A stretch of 64,000 nt of DNA from Oopsacas minuta (Eukaryota; Animalia; Porifera), in contig JAKMXF010000309.1 in the NCBI GenBank assembly GCA_024704765.1, positions 1-64,000 of the forward strand. Reading direction: 5' to 3'. This document shows, piece by piece, positions 59,593 through 64,000 of this stretch. Position numbers and translations under genes: made by a program. The first letter of the stretch is position 1. Every line of letters starts with the position of its first letter. The notes under the pieces were generated by a model, which did not search any database, was not told the origin of the DNA, and worked only from the letters and a program-made list of their open reading frames with translations.

Positions 59593-62537
59593 TTTATTTA
59601 CACATAATTGTCATTGTGCTAGATTGTGACCTTAGTTTGTAGTATCTTCGTATTCTGGTTTACTAGTAGAAACTATAGCTATACATTTCTAGAATATTCG
59701 AGCTAGAACTTATTAAGCCATGATAAGTTGCGTCATCTAGTATTGCTTTGAAATCTTGAGAGGGGCGCACAGTTCTATCCTATATTGTGCCTTTTTAATG
59801 AATTCATAGCAGAATGTTGGTCACCGGCCATTAGTATAATAAACTATTGTAATATTGTTTATTTCCATTGATTTATTGAAGAAACAAATATTTTATGCTA
59901 AAAATCCCTGGAAGGTAAAATTATATGTTATTCCCTAAAGTATACGATATCCCGATTTCCGAGCTAGTAAAAATGTCAACAGGGGTGTGGAATCAAGGAA
60001 ATATTAAATAGGTGTATACACATCCCGAGCTAGTGCAAATATAACCTTCCCAAACATCAAGAATTTGTAAAATGACCCAATGGCTGATCCTATCCTAATG
60101 CAATCGTCTTGAACTAGTAAAGATAAAACATTCCCAAACATCGAAATTTGTAAAATAATACCCTCATCCTCTCCCATTAGAATTGTCTTTAATATATTAG
60201 TACAAATCAAACCGCACCCAAGACCAAAAGTTTGTAAAAATAGACAAGGATCCCTGCCCAAAGGAATTGTCTTTCAAATAAATAAGTTTATACATAATCA
60301 AATTACAGGCGACGAAAACTCCGGCAACGCGTATTTATAGCTAGGGTTGAAGTGGCACTGTCACATACCACCATTAGGTTCCAAGAGTGAGACATCAGGA
60401 ACATAGTTAATTGATCTGAAATTAGCAGGGGCGTACCTTGCATGGGGGGGGGGGTGAGGGATGAGACTCCCCACTTTTCGCTAAACTGGTTGGTAAATTA
60501 GAATCTGAAGGAGTGGTCTTTCCTGACAGCCACAACTTAACAGAAAATTTATAGTTTTGCTATGTGCTGCTGGCAGTAGCGTCGGGAGGGGGCAAAATCC
60601 CTAGTGCCGTGGTCACTAAATTATGACTCTCTTTACCAAATCCTTGTCAGAAATTCAGAACACTTTCAAAAGTGTTTCTATAATCAATACTAACCTTAAT
60701 GCATATTTTCAATATTTTTTAGTGATATGCATACCTGCCAAGTGCAAACCTATTTGTGTCACAGCTCTTATTTCTCCTTCGCATTCGCTAGAACCCTGTA
60801 CACCCACAATGTCTTTTCTCGCGCGCCATGCGCTCGCGTTCAGAGAATCAATAACCGCGTGAATATATACACTACTAAGTTGTGCGTCAACTACTAGGTC
60901 ATGCAGAACACATGTATGGCATTGCTAATACTTAAATAGTATATAGTAAATACTATCATTTTTATCAATACTCAAATAAGGTTGACGTATATCAAAATAA
61001 TAATTCAGAGAAAACCTAAAAGTATAAATAAACTGTACTGGAAATCCAAGACAGATATAGTTTCATGAAATATAGTGTTGTAATTACATTATACATATCT
61101 TGAATTCCCCAAATTATGATAATTCACTCAGTAAACCTCCGAAATGACTAACTCCTGGATCCCCCACTTGAATGTATTTGTGTAGAATATAAGTTGTGAT
61201 AGTAATATCGCAGAGATTTGGAATCGGTTGAATAGCGATCTCCGGTTAGACAATTGCATTTTTGTTTTAGTATATGTATAGTAAGATGCATCAGTTGCCC
61301 ATTTTGTCTAAAGGCACACGTCGCTTACTACTTTTTACCTTATCTATACGCAGGAACTGATTGGGAACTTAAAACGGCCCTGGCAAATAGTCCTAAACCA
61401 ATTATACTCGTCAACAATCCGCCCTTATCTATACCTTGTAGTTCGATCATAACTAGAGATCTGAAAACTTGGATTTGAGTGATTTGGGAGTGGCTTCATG
61501 TCGGTGAATAATACTATTCGTTAACCAATCTTTTACAGTTTAGGAGAATTATCGAAAATATTAGTGATCGGCGGTGGTATGACACGTATCATTGATTGAA
61601 GCAATTTTCACTCATATTTTCTAAACTTTACATGGTTGGTTATCAGAATGTATTTTGACCGACATAAAACCACCTCCAAGCTACACAATTTCAAGTTTTA
61701 GATCTCTAGCCGCCAAGATCAAAGTTGATTTTCAGCTCCAAAATCTCCCAATTTGGTGAACATGAAAAAGCACTAATATCCAGTACCATACAATCAAATC
61801 ATTTGGATTCTATTCAAATTTGATATGGTGATGCAATGCATACTGTATAGGACACGTAAAAGTAGCGAGCGAAGTATGTTTTAAACAATATATGGAGTAT
61901 ATTACATTATGGATATAGTGATATTTTTGTTCGTTGAATCTTATCCCTGTCTTCAGTATACCCCATACAAAATTTATTGGATATAGTGATATATTAGTTA
62001 AAGTGATATTTCAGCCTAAACATCTATGCCTCCAGCTTTTTCACTTATCTTTAGTATTCTAAGACTCTAACTTGTCTGAGCCAGGCACAAAGAAATATCC
62101 CTGTATACCGTAAATGAGCCCTGGGGTCTTCCAGTTTCTTCAATCAATTCTAGGCATGCCCTTGGTGTATATTTCAAGAAATACGAGAGAATTCGTTCCA
62201 ACGGCTAGCTATGGAATAGTTATCGCGTATGTACGTAGACTAGATTCATATTATGATAGTTAAAGTTTATTTCTATCATTTTGTCATATAATTAATCATA
62301 ATAGGACATCTTTAGACTTATAATTCTAATTATATTATTCAAAAGGCCCCAATCAGTGTTTATGGGGATAGAAAATGACTCTGAGCATTCCCAGTTTGCG
62401 AACTACATATTCTTGACAACATTTTCATTAAAACAACAATAACAATTTATAGATAGAGGCAAAGTTATAAATGAGAATCCAGATAGAGCATGCGTTCTTT
62501 GCAATGAAGAACAAATAACAAGCAAATATACAGCATA

Positions 62538-63662
62538 TTAATTGTAGATACTTTTGTGGTATGTGTTAATAAGAGGTCTGATCATCTCATCATGGAAATT
62601 CTGATTTTTATTGAGTCCCTTAAGACAAACGCGAATTCCTACGCAAAATGAGTACACAAAACTTGGTACAAAATTAAGCAATCCTGCAATTGTTATGATT
62701 CCTTTAATGATATCATGGAGTTTTAAAAGCGAAGATGATTTAGTTGATGGTAGCTGTATACAGGCCTCCTCCGCACTGCTAAAAGGACATTCAGAACCAA
62801 TCATCATATCAACAATATTGTGGAAAATAACCGACACGATTAGTAAAAGTGTCCCAACTTTTAGTAGCAAGTAAAATACCCGAAAAGTTAGATAATTATT
62901 GTATTCAAATTTATACAGTATTCCATTTCCATGGCATTGTTGTATTTCTCTAACTCTTCCAATCAATACCAGTCCTAACTTTCTTCCATAACGAATAAGA
63001 ATGAACCAGTCAATTAGTATAATGAAATATGTAAATATTCTAAAACGATTAATGGGTTTATTGGCGAACAGCAAAATAATTAAGGAAGAAAATATCCCAT
63101 ATGTTAGCAAGGGTAGCTGTTTATTTGATTTCCGATTGAGATATCTGTTGGTTAGATAACGCATTAATGAAATAATTAGTAGTAGGGTTTTATGTACGAT
63201 TACCAGTGATACTAATTCTAGCCATAGTATTATTTGTTTAAGGTATACTATAATTTTGGTAACGTATGCTAATTCTGAGTTATTTTTCGTATTATTATAT
63301 CTTTTCAAGTCACTATCAAGTAAGCCAAATCCTAGTATGTAAGCCTGTAGTGTGATATAGGTGATCTCAGTAATACAAATCGCTAATAGAAATCTTTCCT
63401 TCACAAGAAATGTAATTTCATTATATATTTTCCATTTCTGTCTTTCTTCCTCTTCAAAACTCATTCGAATATCTCTTTTCAATTGTTTGAGTGTTCTCAA
63501 TCGATTCTTGATTTTCAAAGACAATGTAATTATCCAAAATGAATATAGGGCGATTATTGATATATAAACTATTATACCAATAGTGAATTCACAATACGAC
63601 TGGGTATCATGGAACACAAAATCCCAAAATGAAGTTCTGTTTGTTTCATGACTAGTATTCAT
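62538..63662 (-). CDS. Orphan seven-transmembrane protein, intronless
   Basis: Seven hydrophobic segments counted by eye; N-terminal sequons NTS and NRT (MNTSHETNRTS); no DRY or NPxxY motif. Likely start at 63662 (track starts at 63686). Confidence 0.75.
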   Translation of the reverse strand: MNTSHETNRTSFWDFVFHDTQSYCEFTIGIIVYISIIALYSFWIITLSLKIKNRLRTLKQLKRDIRMSFEEEERQKWKIYNEITFLVKERFLLAICITEITYITLQAYILGFGLLDSDLKRYNNTKNNSELAYVTKIIVYLKQIILWLELVSLVIVHKTLLLIISLMRYLTNRYLNRKSNKQLPLLTYGIFSSLIILLFANKPINRFRIFTYFIILIDWFILIRYGRKLGLVLIGRVREIQQCHGNGILYKFEYNNYLTFRVFYLLLKVGTLLLIVSVIFHNIVDMMIGSECPFSSAEEACIQLPSTKSSSLLKLHDIIKGIITIAGLLNFVPSFVYSFCVGIRVCLKGLNKNQNFHDEMIRPLINTYHKSIYN

Positions 63663-64000
63663 TTCTAGATTGTATATTAATCGCACTTTTATATTGTTAC
63701 TGTGCTACATAACTAAATAATGTCGTATCATAAGAGAAAAGGGACTTTCTTTAACTCAGCATGTAAGTACAATTTACACCCATTTCTAAATATGCTGAAT
63801 AGGAGATTACATCACTCTAATATGTTACTTATCTTTTCCAAAACAGTTTAAATAGTGAGTAGAGGAGTTATCTTGTTATGCTAAGATCTCCACCAAATTG
63901 GATTACATGCTAGCTTTAATAGTAACTGTAGTTGGTCATATATTAGTCATGTATTAACTATATATGATTTTACAACAGAACTCATTGCTGTAATCCTATA

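Noticed and set aside
1-64000. CRISPR array, rRNA or tRNA genes
   Set aside because: No regularly spaced direct repeats or recognisable structural RNA genes were seen; repeats are transposon-derived or segmental.

Overview
AT-rich, intron-poor eukaryotic (animal) DNA. The gene and repeat style resembles the glass sponge Oopsacas minuta; this is inference from memory, not a database result. Bases ~1-41.6 kb are a repeat-dense, segmentally duplicated array of eight intronless six-bladed NHL beta-propeller genes or gene parts. There are three long 'A-type' copies (coiled coil + NHL, no RING/B-box; one frameshifted), four short 'B-type' copies (NHL only; two cut by a 1-N assembly gap at 23910), and one B/A chimera with a nonsense codon. 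Amino-acid differences between paralogues concentrate at the same two loops of every blade, and one NHL pair is far more diverged than the ~99%-identical DNA beside it. This suggests a rapidly diversifying, recombining receptor repertoire. The array is interleaved with hAT remnants, two Tc1/mariner elements (DD37E, DD37D), MITEs, a 904-bp foldback element, Helitron-like repeats and a CR1/L2-type LINE fragment. It also holds an intact MSMO1, a truncated transposon-disrupted MSMO1 copy and a disrupted sulfotransferase-like gene. Bases ~43-64 kb are single-copy genes: a 7-exon CPT1-like acyltransferase, a small atypical bZIP, a CRE-type retrotransposon remnant, a secreted ComEC-like metallo-beta-lactamase-fold protein lacking its metal ligands, CtBP and an orphan 7TM protein. 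All coordinates and counts were read by eye.
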